From Raja brachyura (taxonomy: Eukaryota), in NCBI GenBank assembly GCA_963514005.1, contig OY740788.1, positions 18,352,001 through 18,416,000 of the forward strand: a stretch of 64,000 bases of DNA, given 5' to 3'. Shown piece by piece: positions 25,140 through 37,715 of this stretch. Below the pieces are notes generated by a model that searched no databases, was not told the DNA's origin, and saw only the letters and a list, made by a program, of their open reading frames with translations. Both the position numbers and the translations under genes were made by a program. The stretch's first letter is position 1, and the number at the start of each line of letters is the position of its first letter.

Positions 25140-25291
25140 TGGTGCTATCATGTCAAATGAAAATCATACTCTTTGGATATTTATTTATATATTATGTTTC
25201 AACGCACTAATGAAGAGATTAAAAATTGGATTTGAGTATGACTCACTCGCCTGGTATTGAGTGAGGTTGAGGCACCAAAGTGTGTTCCTAA

Positions 25292-25924
25292 ATGGCCTGT
25301 CCCATTTAGGCAATTTTTATGGTGACTAGGTGTCGCCACATGGTCTAGGAGTGATGCCTGTATGGTCGTGAGTTTTCTCCTCAAGTCGCCTAAAGAGTCG
25401 TGACATTTTTCTTGTCGCCGCTGGATTGTGAAATGTTCAAACCCTTTTGGCAAAATGTTCAAACCCTCTGTGGGCTTGACGTAGCTTGTCTTATCCTGTC
25501 GTAGGTGCTGTCATAGGTTGTCACCTGGATGGCACAGGTTGTCGCCAGGTGACGTAGGTTGTTGCCGGGTGATGACCGGTGAATTCCATTGGTGACTACC
25601 TACGTCAACCTACGTCAACGGGCAACAGGCACTAGCGACTGAATTGTCTTCAGTTGCCACCGACAGAGTCATAGCTTGGCGTAGCTTGTCATAACTTGTC
25701 ACGGCTGGATGTAGGTTGATTTTGGTTGTCGCCTGTGTGGTCGTAGCTGTACATCCTAATGGGTCGCCGGTTGTTTGTAGCTTGGCATAGCTTGACGTCG
25801 ACTAGGCGGTAGGTTGTCGTTGACATTGTCGTGGAGGGGGTCCAGTCACCGGTTTTCCGATGACCTGCTATGACTGTGACTGTCGCTGGCAGTCGCTGAA
25901 AAAATTGCCTGCGGGACAGGCCCT
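25292..25924. mobile_element. Harbinger-like MITE (family 3)
   Basis: ATGGCCTGTCCCA..GGGACAGGCCCT; flanks TAA/TTA; reverse paralog of 31110-31653. Confidence 0.85.
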
Positions 25925-26229
25925 TTATTCATTCACATGGAATCTGTATCCAAGATTTCCATGTAGATCAGCGTCCACAACATTGAAAGGCACGAGGCTG
26001 TCTATCTTTCACTAGATTATGATGCACACTAAGTTAGCTGTGTCATTATTACGTAATAGGAATGTAACCCCACACCACCATCCTCCACCTCCTCATCCTG
26101 ACTGGTTACTTCACCAGAACAAAGGAAAATGGAGCAGGGGGTAGACAAAATGTGTAGATGCTGGTTTAAACCAAAGATAGACACAAAAAGCTGGAGTAAC
26201 TCAGTGGGGCAGGCAGCAGCTCTGGAGAG

Positions 26230-28260
26230 AAGGAATGGGAGAGAAGGCCCCTCAAGCCTGTGTCACCAATCAATATTAACAATAATCTATACTGTCCTTA
26301 CCTCCTCTCTTTGCCAGTTCCCTTCGAGCTCTCAATTTACTGATCTTTCACAGATTTATCCATCTCCGCTTCAAATATATCTATTGATATGGTCTCTGTT
26401 ACACTCGAGAGCAGATAAGTTCAGACATTCATAACCCTACGAAGGAAGGTATTTCTGTACACCTCAGTTTTAAATAACTAACACATTATTTTGGTAGTTA
26501 TATCCCCTTGTTCATGACTCTCTCACAAGTCAAAACATCACAACAACTACCCTGTCAAGTCCCCTTAGAATCTTATATGTTTGAATAGGATTAATCAGAG
26601 CATTGAATATAGGAGTAGGGAAGTAATGTTAAAATTGTACAAGGCATTGGTAAGACCAATTCTGGAGTATGGTATACAATTTTGGTCTCCTAATTATAGG
26701 AAGGATGTCAACAAAATAGAGAGAGTACAGAGGAGATTTACTAGAATGTTATCTGGGTTCCAGCAACTAAGTTACAGAGAAAGGTTGAACAAGTTAGGTC
26801 TTTATTCTTTGGAGCGCAGAAGGTTAAGGGGGGACTTGATTGAGGTCTTTAAAATGATGAAAGGGATAGACAGAGTTGACGTGGATAAGCTTTTCCCATT
26901 GAGGGTAGGGAAGATTCAAACAAGAGGGCATGACATGAGAATTAAGGGACAGAAGTTTAGGGGTAACATGAGGGGGAACTTCTTTACTCAGAGAATGGTG
27001 GCTGTGTGGAATGATCTTCCTGCAGAAGTGGTGGAGGCATGATTGATTTTTACATTTAAAAGTAAAGTGGATAGGTATATGGACGGGAAGGGAATGGAGG
27101 GGTATGGTCTGAGTGCAGGTAGATGGGACTAGGGGAAAATGAATGGTCGGCACGGACTGGAAGGGCCGAGAGGGCCTGTTTCCGTGCTGTAATTGTTATA
27201 TGGTTATATGGTTACTACCCCCATTCTTCTGGATTACAGACCTAAACAGTTTAAGAATAAGGTGTAAGCTATTTAGAACGGAGACAACAAAACACTTTTT
27301 CTCACAGAGAGGTGCGAGTCTGTAGAATTCTCTGCTTCAGAGGGTGGTGGAGGCCGGTTCTCTGGATACTTTCAAGAGAGAGCTAGATAGGGCTCTTAAA
27401 GATAGTGGGGTCAGGGGATATTGGGAGGAGGCAGGAACGGGGTACTGATTGGGGATGATCAGCCATGATCACACTGAATGGCAGTGCTGCCTCGAAGGAC
27501 CAAATGGCCTACTCCTGCACCTATTGTCTATTGTCTATCATCTAAACTATCTAGATGATCTTGGTAGGGCAACCCTCTCAGCCTGGTGAATCCTCTTTGG
27601 ACTGCCTCCAATGCTACTCTATCCTTTTTTAGGCAAAGATGTGCAGTGTGTTCCTGGTGTGGTCTTACCAACACCCTGTGCAACTGTAACAGATATTCTT
27701 CTTTGCAAGTCAAACCAGGGAGTACCTTCACAATGAATGACAGGGCTCCAGGGAGTGTTGTAGACCAGAGGAAACTAGGAGTGTAGCATCATATTTTCCT
27801 GAAAGTGGCGTCACAGATAGATAGGTTGGTCAAGAAGGCTTTCGGAACATTGGTCTTCTCCAGTCAGGGTATTGTTTATAGAAATTGGGATGTTAAGAAG
27901 AAGGGTAGGCTTTTTAGGACTGAGGAAAACATTTTCACCCAGAGAGTTGTGAATCTGTGGAATTCTCTCGAACAGAAGGCAGTGGAGGCCAATTCACTGG
28001 ACGTTTTCAAGAGAGAGTTAGATTTAGCTCTTGGGGTTAACGGAATCAAGGGATATGGGGAAAAGCAGGAACGGGGTACTGATTTTGGATGATCAGCCAT
28101 GATCATATTGAATGGCGGTGCTGGCTCGAAGGGCCGAATGGCCTATTCCTGCACCAATTTTCTATGTTTCTATATTGTGTTACGGTTGCACAAGACCTTG
28201 GTGAGACTGCATTTGCAGTATTGTGTTCAGTTTTGGTCACCTTGCTATGGAAGGATGTAG
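26230..28260. mobile_element. Nested cluster of CR1 3' fragments
   Basis: ORF 26581-27042 (LYKALVRPILEY..VQRRFTRM); distinct tails (TTATATGG)n, (CTATTGT)n, TTTCTATG; minus-strand pieces at 26230-26580 and 27540-27700. Confidence 0.85.
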
Positions 28261-28457
28261 ATTTATGTTAAAAGGGAATGTTTATATTTAAGACCCTGGT
28301 TTGGATTAAATTGTATAATTTACAGTCTTCATATGAAATTCTATCACACTAGGATCTTTCTTATTTGGAGGCCTCTTAACTAATTATTCTGAGTATTAAT
28401 TAGCCCTTTCCCCTTGCAGAATACTCGAAATAGCCTGTTTTGCTAATGATTCCTTAA

Positions 28458-28885
28458 TGCCCCTGTCCCACTTCGGAAACCTGAACGGAAACCTCTGGAG
28501 ACTTTGCGCCCCACCCAAGGTTTCCGTGCGGTTCCCGGAGGTTCCCGGAGGTTTTTGTCAGTCTCCCTAATGGTCGAAAGTGGTTTCCGCTTCTTCTTTG
28601 TTCCGGCGATTATTTCAAAAAATTCAAAACCGCACGTGACTAACAATAGCTTGCCGTTTTAAAAATCGGTAATTCTTTAGTCGAAGCCGGTTGCGATGCT
28701 ACTTGAAGGTGGTTGCCGGAGGTTGCAGGTAGTGGAAGGTAAGACCTCCCTGGTGGAATAAAACTGGGTGAAAAAAAGGTCTTACCTTCCACTACCTTCA
28801 ACCTCCGGAAACTGCACGGAAACCTTGGGTGCGGCACAAGGTCTCCAGAGGTTTCCGTTCAGGTTTCCTCAGTGGGACAGGGGCA
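28458..28885. mobile_element. Harbinger-like MITE (family 4, long inverted arms)
   Basis: TGCCCCTGTCCCACT / AGTGGGACAGGGGCA; arms of about 75 bp; TSD TAA/TAA. Confidence 0.88.
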
Positions 28886-29143
28886 TAAGATATTGACCGA
28901 GAAAACTGTCTCCTATACCCCCTGGGAATTTTGTTCTCCATTGGCTTTGCCATACATAAAATGTACACTATTTATCTTTGTAATGTCTTCATGAATGAAT
29001 TGAGACTAAATATATCCTTATATCCTATTATACGGAGGTTTATTTAATAACGGTGAATACTGTTCACACATTGAGACTCAAGTAGAATGCCTTCTGCACA
29101 CCTTACACTTCCTTATCTCTGTGTCTCCCTCTCCTCTGACTCA

Positions 29144-29852
29144 AGATACAAGATACAAGATACATTTATTTGCCACAGATGGCACAGTGAAATGTGATTA
29201 CCATACAGCCATACAATAAAAATAAAGAACACAACACACGATACAGTTCAACATAAAAACATCCCCACACAGCAGAATCAAAGTTTCCCACTGTGAGGAA
29301 AGGCATCAAAGTCAGTCATCTTCCTCTAATGTTCCCCAATGTTCACCCTCCTCAGCGGCCTGGACACCAGAGTCCGCTACAGGAGTCCGCGGCTCCCAAT
29401 GTCCGCAGGCCGTGCTGGGCGGAGATGCAACACTGGCGGCCCTCGGCCGCGTTGACGGTCAGTGCCGCCCGCGTTGGAAGCTCTCCCAAACTGCAGCTCC
29501 ACAATGTTGCAGCAGCGGCCCAACGCCCCGGAGCTCCAAACGACGATCCAGGAATTCAGCGCTGCGCCACCACTGTTGTCGCTCTGGTCCGGTTCCCGGT
29601 CCCCGGCAGGAAAGGCCGCTCTGATCCAGGTGGTGGGCCGCGAGGAGGGGGGTGAGGACGCGACTCGGAGAAATAGTCGCGTCCCTGCCAGGAAGCGACT
29701 GGGAAACAGTTTCCCCCTTACCCTGCCCCCCCTCCCCCACATAGAAACGTTAACGTTTCCTCTCAAAACGGACTTTAAACTAACTAAAAAATGTTTTAAA
29801 GTTTGAAAAGACAAATAGGCTGTAGGCAGAGGCTGCCGTCAATGCAGCGCCC
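29144..29852 (-). mobile_element. LINE 3' end with GC-rich UTR
   Basis: (CAAGATA)n tail followed by TTTATT; interrupts the pLTR at 29095-29143 / 30123-30255. Confidence 0.55.
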
Positions 29853-29855
29853 TCA

Positions 29856-30122
29856 AGGGTCTGTCCCACTGTACGCGGTAATTCATGAGCTCTCCCGAGT
29901 ACGTCGGAGCTCGGGACATCTCTTAGCGGCTGGTAACGCTAACGGCAGGTACTCAGGAAACGCGGTAAGCTCATGAAGACTCGTGAAGATTTTTCAACAT
30001 GTTGAAAAATGTCCATGAGAGCTCCGAGTACCTACGAGCAGCTATTACCGTAATTCTCCAAGTTCGAATCAGGAGAAACTCGGGAGAACTCTTGAATTAG
30101 CTCGTACAGTGGGACAGGCCCT
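29856..30122. mobile_element. Harbinger-like MITE (family 1)
   Basis: Same TIR; perfect 3-bp TSD TCA/TCA. Confidence 0.88.
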
Positions 30123-30747
30123 TCAATCTAAAAAAGGGTCTCGACCCGAAACGTCACGCATTCCTTCTATCCAAAGATGCTGCCTGTCCCGCTGAGTTAC
30201 TCCAGTATGTTGTGTCTATTGTTGGTGTAGACCAACATCTGCAGTTTCTTCCTACATATACTTTCTCAGGCGGTTACAGGCTCTATATGGTTTGACTATC
30301 AATTTACATTCAATTGTAAAATCTACACTATTCCCTCCCTGGTTACTGAAAGTTTTGACTACTGTCTCCAACGTCTGAGCTCCCAGGGAGGTTGAGGGGC
30401 TTATAATTACATCTGTTCCAATCCACGAATACAAGAGGCTGATTCTTTGCATAAATTTCATAAGAATCTTATTAGCATGCACTGGAATGTAAAACGACTT
30501 GTGTAAATTATATGGAAATCAACTAAAACAATCATGGCCTTAGGAAATTTCAGAATGTTGAACATTTTTAAGCACCTCTTAATGTAGGAGTCACCATTAT
30601 CAGTTAGACTACCTTTTATATGGTTGTGGTATATAAAATGGTTATTAGCAGTGGCTAGTAACTGCCAGTTTGCCAAGATTTGATCTTAAATTAAAGTTTG
30701 AAGCCATCGATCATCGATGATAACATAACCTCTTTGTTTTCCACTAG

Positions 30748-30878
30748 GCAGGATCAGTTAAACGGAAGGATCAACTAATCCCCAACATCCTCTACAACAA
30801 CCAACTAAAAATATTTATAAATAATCATCTTCACTTGCCAGTTGCCTACTACCAAGCTGTATACAAACAATGCACATG
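30748..30878 (+). CDS. Putative internal exon, unknown protein
   Basis: Acceptor TTTGTTTTCCACTAG, donor GTAAAC; only one open frame AGSVKRKDQLIPNILYNNQLKIFINNHLHLPVAYYQAVYKQCT; no homology recognised. Confidence 0.3.
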
Positions 30879-31109
30879 GTAAACTCCTGACTGTCTGTTT
30901 TTGGTGCTGCAGTTAATAGGCCAGATTTAATAAGCATGTTAGCCTAAAAATTACATTTAGGTTTTTTTTTCCATGTACAAGCTTGCTGGAAGTGTTAGCA
31001 TCCTGGGAACAGACATGTTGAATGTACCCCATGTACACCTGCATCCTCTGTTTAATATTAATATTGTTTCCTGGAACAAACAGTGCAGAATTGCTGCACA
31101 GGAGACTAA

Positions 31110-31653
31110 TGGGCCTGTACCACTTAGGCCATTTTTTCGGCGTAGCCGGCGACTGGACCCTCCTACGATAATGTCTACGATAATGTCTACGACAATGTCT
31201 ATAACAACTTACCACCTAGTCGACATCAAGCTACAGCAAGCTACCGACAACCGGCGACCCATTAGGACGTCCACCCACGACCACACCTACGACAACCTAT
31301 GTCCACCCGCGACAAGCTACGACAAGGTAAGACAATTCAGTGGCCGGTACCTGTCGCCGGTTGATGTAGGTTGACGTAGCTAGTCGCCAATGGAATTCAC
31401 CGGTCAACACCGGCAGCAACCTATGTCATCCTGGCGACAGCACCTACGTCAGGCTACGATCATTGGCGTCAAGCCCACGGGCGCCAACTGTTGCCAAAAA
31501 GTTTTGAACATTTAAAAATCCAGTGGCGACCAGAAAAAAGGTATGACTTTTTGGGCGACTGAGGAGACCATACAGGCGACACCCCGGCGACCATGTGGCA
31601 ACAGCCTAGGGGCCTGTAGTCGCCTAAAAAATCGCCTAAGTCGGACAGGGGCA
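31110..31653. mobile_element. Harbinger-like MITE (family 3)
   Basis: TGGGCCTGTACCACT / AGTCGGACAGGGGCA; flanks TAA/TTA. Confidence 0.85.
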
Positions 31654-31729
31654 TTAGCATACTGCTTTGTGCAGAGTTGAACATATTAGGTAACAAATTC
31701 AACCTTGATCATTAGTGTCAAACACATTT

Positions 31730-31976
31730 AATAGGAATCTGAGGGGTAACCTTTTCACACAAAGGGTGGTGGGTGTATGGAAAAAGCTGCCGGAGGAGGT
31801 AGTTGAGGCAGGGACTATCCCAACATTTAAGAAACAGTTAGACAGGTACATGGATAGGACAGATATGGACCAAACACGGGCAGGTGGGACTCATGTAGCT
31901 GGGACATGTTGGCCAGTGTGGGCAAGTTGGGCCGAAGGACCTGTTTCCACGCTGTATCACTCTATGACTCTATGAC
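31730..31976 (+). mobile_element. CR1 3' fragment
   Basis: NLRGNLFTQRVVGVWKKLPEEVV; (CTCTATGA)n tail. Confidence 0.85.
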
Positions 31977-33132
31977 ATGCGTGATGGCTAGCTGTCAATT
32001 GAACTTGCCTCTGCACAATGGGCTTAAACTCATTGGAGGTGAATGAAACTGGCTGCTGCTGATAATCCTGCCTGCATTTAGCATTGTGAATGAAAGATAA
32101 ATTTCTCTGCAATGCATTTTATAAGCACTAATTAATGATTTTTGAATTAATGATTAATGATTAATGATTAATGAATTAATAGGCTTTTGTGACTTATTAG
32201 TTGCCGTGAGAATGCAAGTTTTATTACTTTACACCCATATCAAATATGTTGTGTCTGTTTTAACAGTAGACACATAAAACCTCTTGGAAATAGTGAATTA
32301 CATCAGTCTAAAGAGAATGAAGAGCTGAAATAAATTAGCAAGACAAGTAAAATCGCTGGGGAAATTAATGGACTGAAGCCAGTAAATCGTTAGGTCCTGA
32401 AAACCTGCATCCCAAACTTTGGGACCAAAATGGTCTTGGTGATAATGGATGAACTAGTTATCTTCTTTTGAAATGCTGCTAATACTAGAATAGTTTCAAG
32501 ATTGCAAGGTAATACTATAAGTGTCACCCCACTATATGAGGGCACTTGGGCACTTGTTTCCACACTGTATCTCTAAACTAAACTAAAATCTGAACTCCCC
32601 ACAACGGGGAAAATCCCCTGATATAGAAACATTGAAAATTGGTGCAGGAGTAGAATTGTCCAAATGCAGTTCAAATACAGTCAGTCAGGGCAAGCGGAGG
32701 GACTTGTGCATGTACAGCGACGTTTCATTAATGCGCTGCAGAACTTTAAGACTTATGTTTAAAGCAGCTGGAGTGGGTTTTTTTTGTAAGGAGAGGATCT
32801 GCAGACAGAAATACACTTTTGGGATTTTATTTTGGAATGCAACTGTTCGATTCAATTTGGAAAAAAATGTGCAATAGGAAATCAAAGCCCCCAGTTGGCT
32901 AATTATTAGAGGCACATTACTCCTATGGTACACCAATTGTTACTATGGAATGTTTTGAAAAGTGATACTCAAGTATAAATTGGCATGGGGACATTGTTCC
33001 TGATTGTAAAATGCATCGGAATTCTATTTCACACATTGTTTTTCATGGTTAAAGGAACTATAATTAACAGGACGTACAGAGAGAACTGCGTATTTTAAAA
33101 ACAATTATTAATGTCATAAGAATTCAGAACCT

Positions 33133-34205
33133 ATGTAAAATTTTAAATTGAATTAAGGTATGTCTTACATTGATCGAGCATTTATGTACATATAGCAAGT
33201 ATTTATCCCATCTATCTTTCGAGACTTTGATAGATAGTTCTTGTTCCCAATCTCTTCTAATTGTGTCAGATGATGGTATTTCCATATTTAGAATGATATT
33301 ATACAAGTATGATATTAAATTAATTGAATCCGCCTTTCTGTTTATGGCGTCAAATTTTACATAGATTATATTACTCGAAAACTAAACTGAATAAAAAATT
33401 TCCAAAAGTTTCTCCCATCTGTGATAAATGTTTATCTCAAGATGAAACCATAGCACCCATTTGTCTCTTGCATAAAACTCCAAACATTTTGGAGTTAAAT
33501 TTTTACCATTTTCACAAAATTATTTAAAATAAAACTGAAACCTGACGTAGAACTAATTATTTTTGGAACAATGGAAGTCGGCTTTGAGCTGACTTCGTTC
33601 CAAAAGAGTTTCCTTAACTATGGCTTAGTAACGGCAAAAAAACATACTAAAATTCTGGAAAAATGCACCCACACCAACGCTTAAAATGTGGATTTCAAAT
33701 ATGTCTGAAGTTTTACACCTCGAAGATATGAGATTCGTCCCAGCAGGCAAATCAGACCAATTCTTAAAGATCTGGTCTCCCTTTATCGACTTATTACAAG
33801 CATATGTTGCAACATAACCCTGGAAATAAACTGTTTCAGAACCGGGTGAGGGGTGTGTAAAGATATCAAGCAGGTATATCCCTTTAAAAACAATTCCCCC
33901 CCCCCCCCCTTTTTTATATCTTCTTCTTATTCTTTGTTTTTTTCTTTTTTTTTCTATCTTTCTCGTGCTTTACATCTTTATGGGCTCTTTCTCTTTACTT
34001 TTTCACGAACCATCATTACCATCACTTTTTCACGAACCATCATTACCATTACCTAACTTTCTCTCCCACTCTTTTTCTTGCTTCTGCTATTTTTCTACTA
34101 TTAAATTGTAAAACAAGAAGTTGTACAAGAAATGTATTATGTAGTTCTTGGTTTATACTACAGTACATGACTTCTAATAATAAATATATTTTTTTTAATC
34201 CAAAA
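33133..34205 (+). mobile_element. 5'-inverted L1 insertion
   Basis: 33133-33349 encodes ORF2 on -, 33351 onward continues it on +; TSD AATTCAGAACCT (33121-33132 / 34206-34217). Confidence 0.88.
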
Positions 34206-34229
34206 AATTCAGAACCTTCGTAAAAATAA

Positions 34230-34467
34230 TGGGCCTGTCCCACTTAGGCGACTTTTAGGCGACTGCCAGGGACTAGTTTTAATGGAATTCACCTACGGCA
34301 CCTGGCGACAACTCACAACAGCACCTTCAACAACCTATGACAACAGCTACGTCAACCTACGGCAGCAAAAATTGTCGCCACTGTCGCCAAAACATTTTCA
34401 ACATGTTGAAAATTTTGCGTCAGTCGCCTGTAGTCGCCCCAAAAATCACCTAAGTGGGACAGGCCCT
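34230..34467. mobile_element. Harbinger-like MITE (short family 3)
   Basis: TGGGCCTGTCCCACTTAGG / CCTAAGTGGGACAGGCCCT; a truncated relative lies at 35306-35368. Confidence 0.8.
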
Positions 34468-34739
34468 TTTAACTATCCCAGTTTTATCCTTTATTGTGAC
34501 AAAAGTAATGTATTTTTAATCCATAATAAGATTGTGTGTTGGCTAGCTCAGAAACAAAATGAGATATGGTAAAATGCTCTTTTTGGGTAACACCAACTAA
34601 ATGTTTTTCTCAAAAAATTGATCAAAATCTTGACGTGGAATTGTTGACGGAAATTCAGGATGATGCCAGTTGATCCAAAATTCACGAAATGTTCTCCTAG
34701 TTTGCGTAGTTGGAATGCAAGTTCCCTGAAGTTTCATGT

Positions 34740-35000
34740 GATTTGGGAAAGTGAATTTTTTAAAAAAATTGAATTTAAGAAGAAAATTGCTTTTCGTAAT
34801 GGTAGCCATGAATCCATGACATTGTTGTGAAAATCCATCATACTCACTAATGTTCTTCAGGGGAGGATAGCCTTCTCCAGTCTGGCTGATGTACATAACT
34901 CCAAACCTAGTGACTCCCAACTCCCTCTTCAGTTCATGGGGAAATAGGAATTAACTATAAATGCCGATATTACTAGACTTTTCCAAATCCTGTAAACAAA
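34740..35000 (+). mobile_element. Old LF-SINE-like remnant
   Basis: Degenerate CACTAATGTTCTTCAGGGAGG..GTCTGGC..ACTCCA text, recognised from memory. Confidence 0.45.
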
Positions 35001-35515
35001 GTATTAGAAAAATATTACCCAGTTGCATTTACTTTTCCTCTTGCAACGTATCACATCGGACATCACTCTCTATTTCTATGCCCATGCCTTTCATCTATCA
35101 ATGGCTTACTTGAGAATGTCCAAAACCCTATTGTTTTGTGACCTCAGGCATTTTAGTTAAATGCTTTGGCCTCATTCCATCGTGCTAACTCTAACCATTG
35201 TCTAATATTTATCTAATTTTCTCTGTAGAGAATCTGACATCCTGAACAGAACACAAAGTGCTAGAGTAACTCAGTGGGTCAGGCAGGCAGTCTGACCCGC
35301 TGAGTTAAGGCCTGTCCCACTTAGGCGATTTCTTCCGTGACTGCCAGCGACTGTCATAGTCATAGCAGTGTTAGTGTATGAGGATCGCTGGTGGTGGGTA
35401 CGGACTCAGTGAGCCAGTTTCTGTGCTGTATTTCTAAAAATTGATTTCAGCATTCATTGCTTTATTCACCTCCTGTAAACAAATAAATAGAAAAATATTA
35501 TCTATATGCGCTTGG

Positions 35516-36388
35516 GAATGCAGGGTGACTTGGATAGGTTGGGGAAGTGGGCAGATGCATGGCAGATGCAGTTTAATGTGGATAAATGTGAGCTTATCCA
35601 CTGGTAGCAAAAACAGGAAGGCAGATTACTATCTAAATGGTGTCAAGTTGGGAAAAGGGGAAGTACAATGGGATCTGGGGGTCCTTGTTCATCAGTCTAT
35701 GAAAGTATGGATGCAGGTACAGCAGGCAGTGAAGAAAGCGAATGGCATGTTGGCCTTTATAACAAGAGGAGTTGAGTATAGGAGCAAAGAGGTCCTTCTG
35801 CAGTTGTATAGGGTCCTAGTGAGACCACACTGGAGTATTATGTACAGTTTTTGTCCCCTAATTTGAGGAAGGACATTCTTGCTATTGAGGGAGTGCAGCG
35901 TAGGTTTACAAGGTTAATTCCGGGATGGCGGGACTGTCATATGCTGAGAGAATGGAACGGCTGGGCTTGTATACTCTTGAGTTTAGAAGGATGAGAGGGG
36001 AGCTTATTGAAACATATAAGATTATTAACGGTTTGAACAAGCTAGAGGCAGGAAACATGTTCCCAATGTTGGGGGAGTCCAGAACCAGGGGCCAAGTTTA
36101 AGAATAAGGGGTAAGCCATTTAGAACGGAGACGAGGACACACTTTTTTTCACAGAGAGTTGTGAGTCTGTGGAATTCTCTGCCTCAGAGGGCGGTGGAGG
36201 CCGGTTCTCTGGATACTTTCAAGAGAGAGCTAGATAGGGCTCTTAAAGATAGCGGAGTCAGGGGATATAGGGAGAAGACATGAATGGGGTACTGATTGGG
36301 GATGATCAGCCATGATCACATTGAATGGCGGTGCTGGCTCGAAGGGCCGAATGGCCTACTCCTGCACCTATTGTCTATTGTCTATTGA
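35516..36388 (+). mobile_element. CR1 3' fragment
   Basis: Close paralog of 3977-5112; (CTATTGT)n tail. Confidence 0.92.
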
Positions 36389-36534
36389 TTTTCCCGGCAA
36401 AATATATAGCTTTACACCTATCACTTTCTAATGTCACTGTCATTTTCTGTGTTCATTATAGTCAACTGGCTGTGGTCCATATGAGAATGGAAAAGATTTG
36501 CTGTTTTGTGATTTTGTTAAATGTCTAGTATTAA

Positions 36535-36855
36535 TTGTTTAGTTTTAGAGATATAGTATGGAAACAGGCCCTTCGGCACACCAAATTCACATTGTCCATT
36601 GATCACATGTACACTAGTTCAATGTAATCCCAGTTTCACATCCCACAAAGTAGGGTAATTTACAGAAGTCAATTAACCTACAAACCTGCACGTCTTTGTG
36701 GAATGGGGAAGGATACTGGGGCACCCCGAGAGAAAACCCTTCTGATCACCGGGAAAACTTAGAAACTGCACAGACAGCACCTGTAGTCAGGATCAAACCC
36801 GGGTCTCTGGTGCTGTGAGGCAGCAGCTCTACCGTTGTGCCACTCTGCCACCCCG
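36535..36855 (-). mobile_element. V-SINE
   Basis: Reverse complement of the 46302-46620 type; another degenerate copy at 38875-39210. Confidence 0.75.
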
Positions 36856-37329
36856 AAAGTGGTCTGCAGATAACTGAGGATCAATTCAACCTGGTGGCTA
36901 TACCAGCGCAATAATCACCCAGTGAAACACTGTAGCATCAGTGATTCAGACCAGATAAGGATGGTGCAACATTGCCCAGATCAGCATGATCGAGTGCATA
37001 TTTCAGGCACCTTTAGAGCATGGGCTCAGCTACGTGAAAACTTGACCTTTTGCCACCATTTCATGATTGTATCTCAGGTAAAGTCGACTGACTGTAGCAG
37101 ATGTTCAGATTAGAAATATTAGATGGTATCACAGGTAATTAACTGCAGGGTCCGTTCATTTATCATTTAGCTCACAGCAGGCCAGTGAACGTTGGTTGAG
37201 AGCCTGTTGCTGAAACACGTCATAATGCAAAAGACCCAAAGGCATTAGGTGCTGCCGACAAGTCTTGTACAACCAGACTCTTACAGCATGTGCTTCATTG
37301 TGGCAGAGAGTTCCACGGAAGTTACTTGA

Positions 37330-37715
37330 GCAGGGGAGAGGGGAGAGGGATGTGGGGTGAGCGGAGACGAGAGGGGGGAGAGGGGTGAAGGAGGAGAGGA
37401 GAGGGGTGAAGGAAGACAGGTGAGGGGTGAGGGAAGAGGGGTGAGGGGTTATGGGTGAGGGGAGAGGGTAAAGGGGTGAGGGTGAGGGTGAGGGGTTAGG
37501 GGTTGAGGGGAAAGGGGAGAGGGGAGAAGGGGTAGGAGTGGGGCAAGGGAAGAGGGGGTAGGAGAGGTGAGAGAGAGAGAGGAGGAAAGGGAAAGAGAGG
37601 GTGGGGAGCGTGAGAGGGGATGAGAGGTGTGAGAGAGGGGGAGAGAATGTGAGAAAGGGGGAGTGAACGGAGGAGAGAGGGGGAGAGAGGGGGAGAGAGT
37701 AATCAGAGTGAGAGG
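37330..37715 (+). repeat. G/A-rich low-complexity tract
   Basis: GAGGG, GGGTGA and GAGA runs. Confidence 0.9.

Noticed and set aside
29293-29814. Overlapping GC-rich ORFs / CpG-island promoter
   Set aside because: Lies within a LINE 3' UTR with a simple-repeat tail; no recognisable domain.
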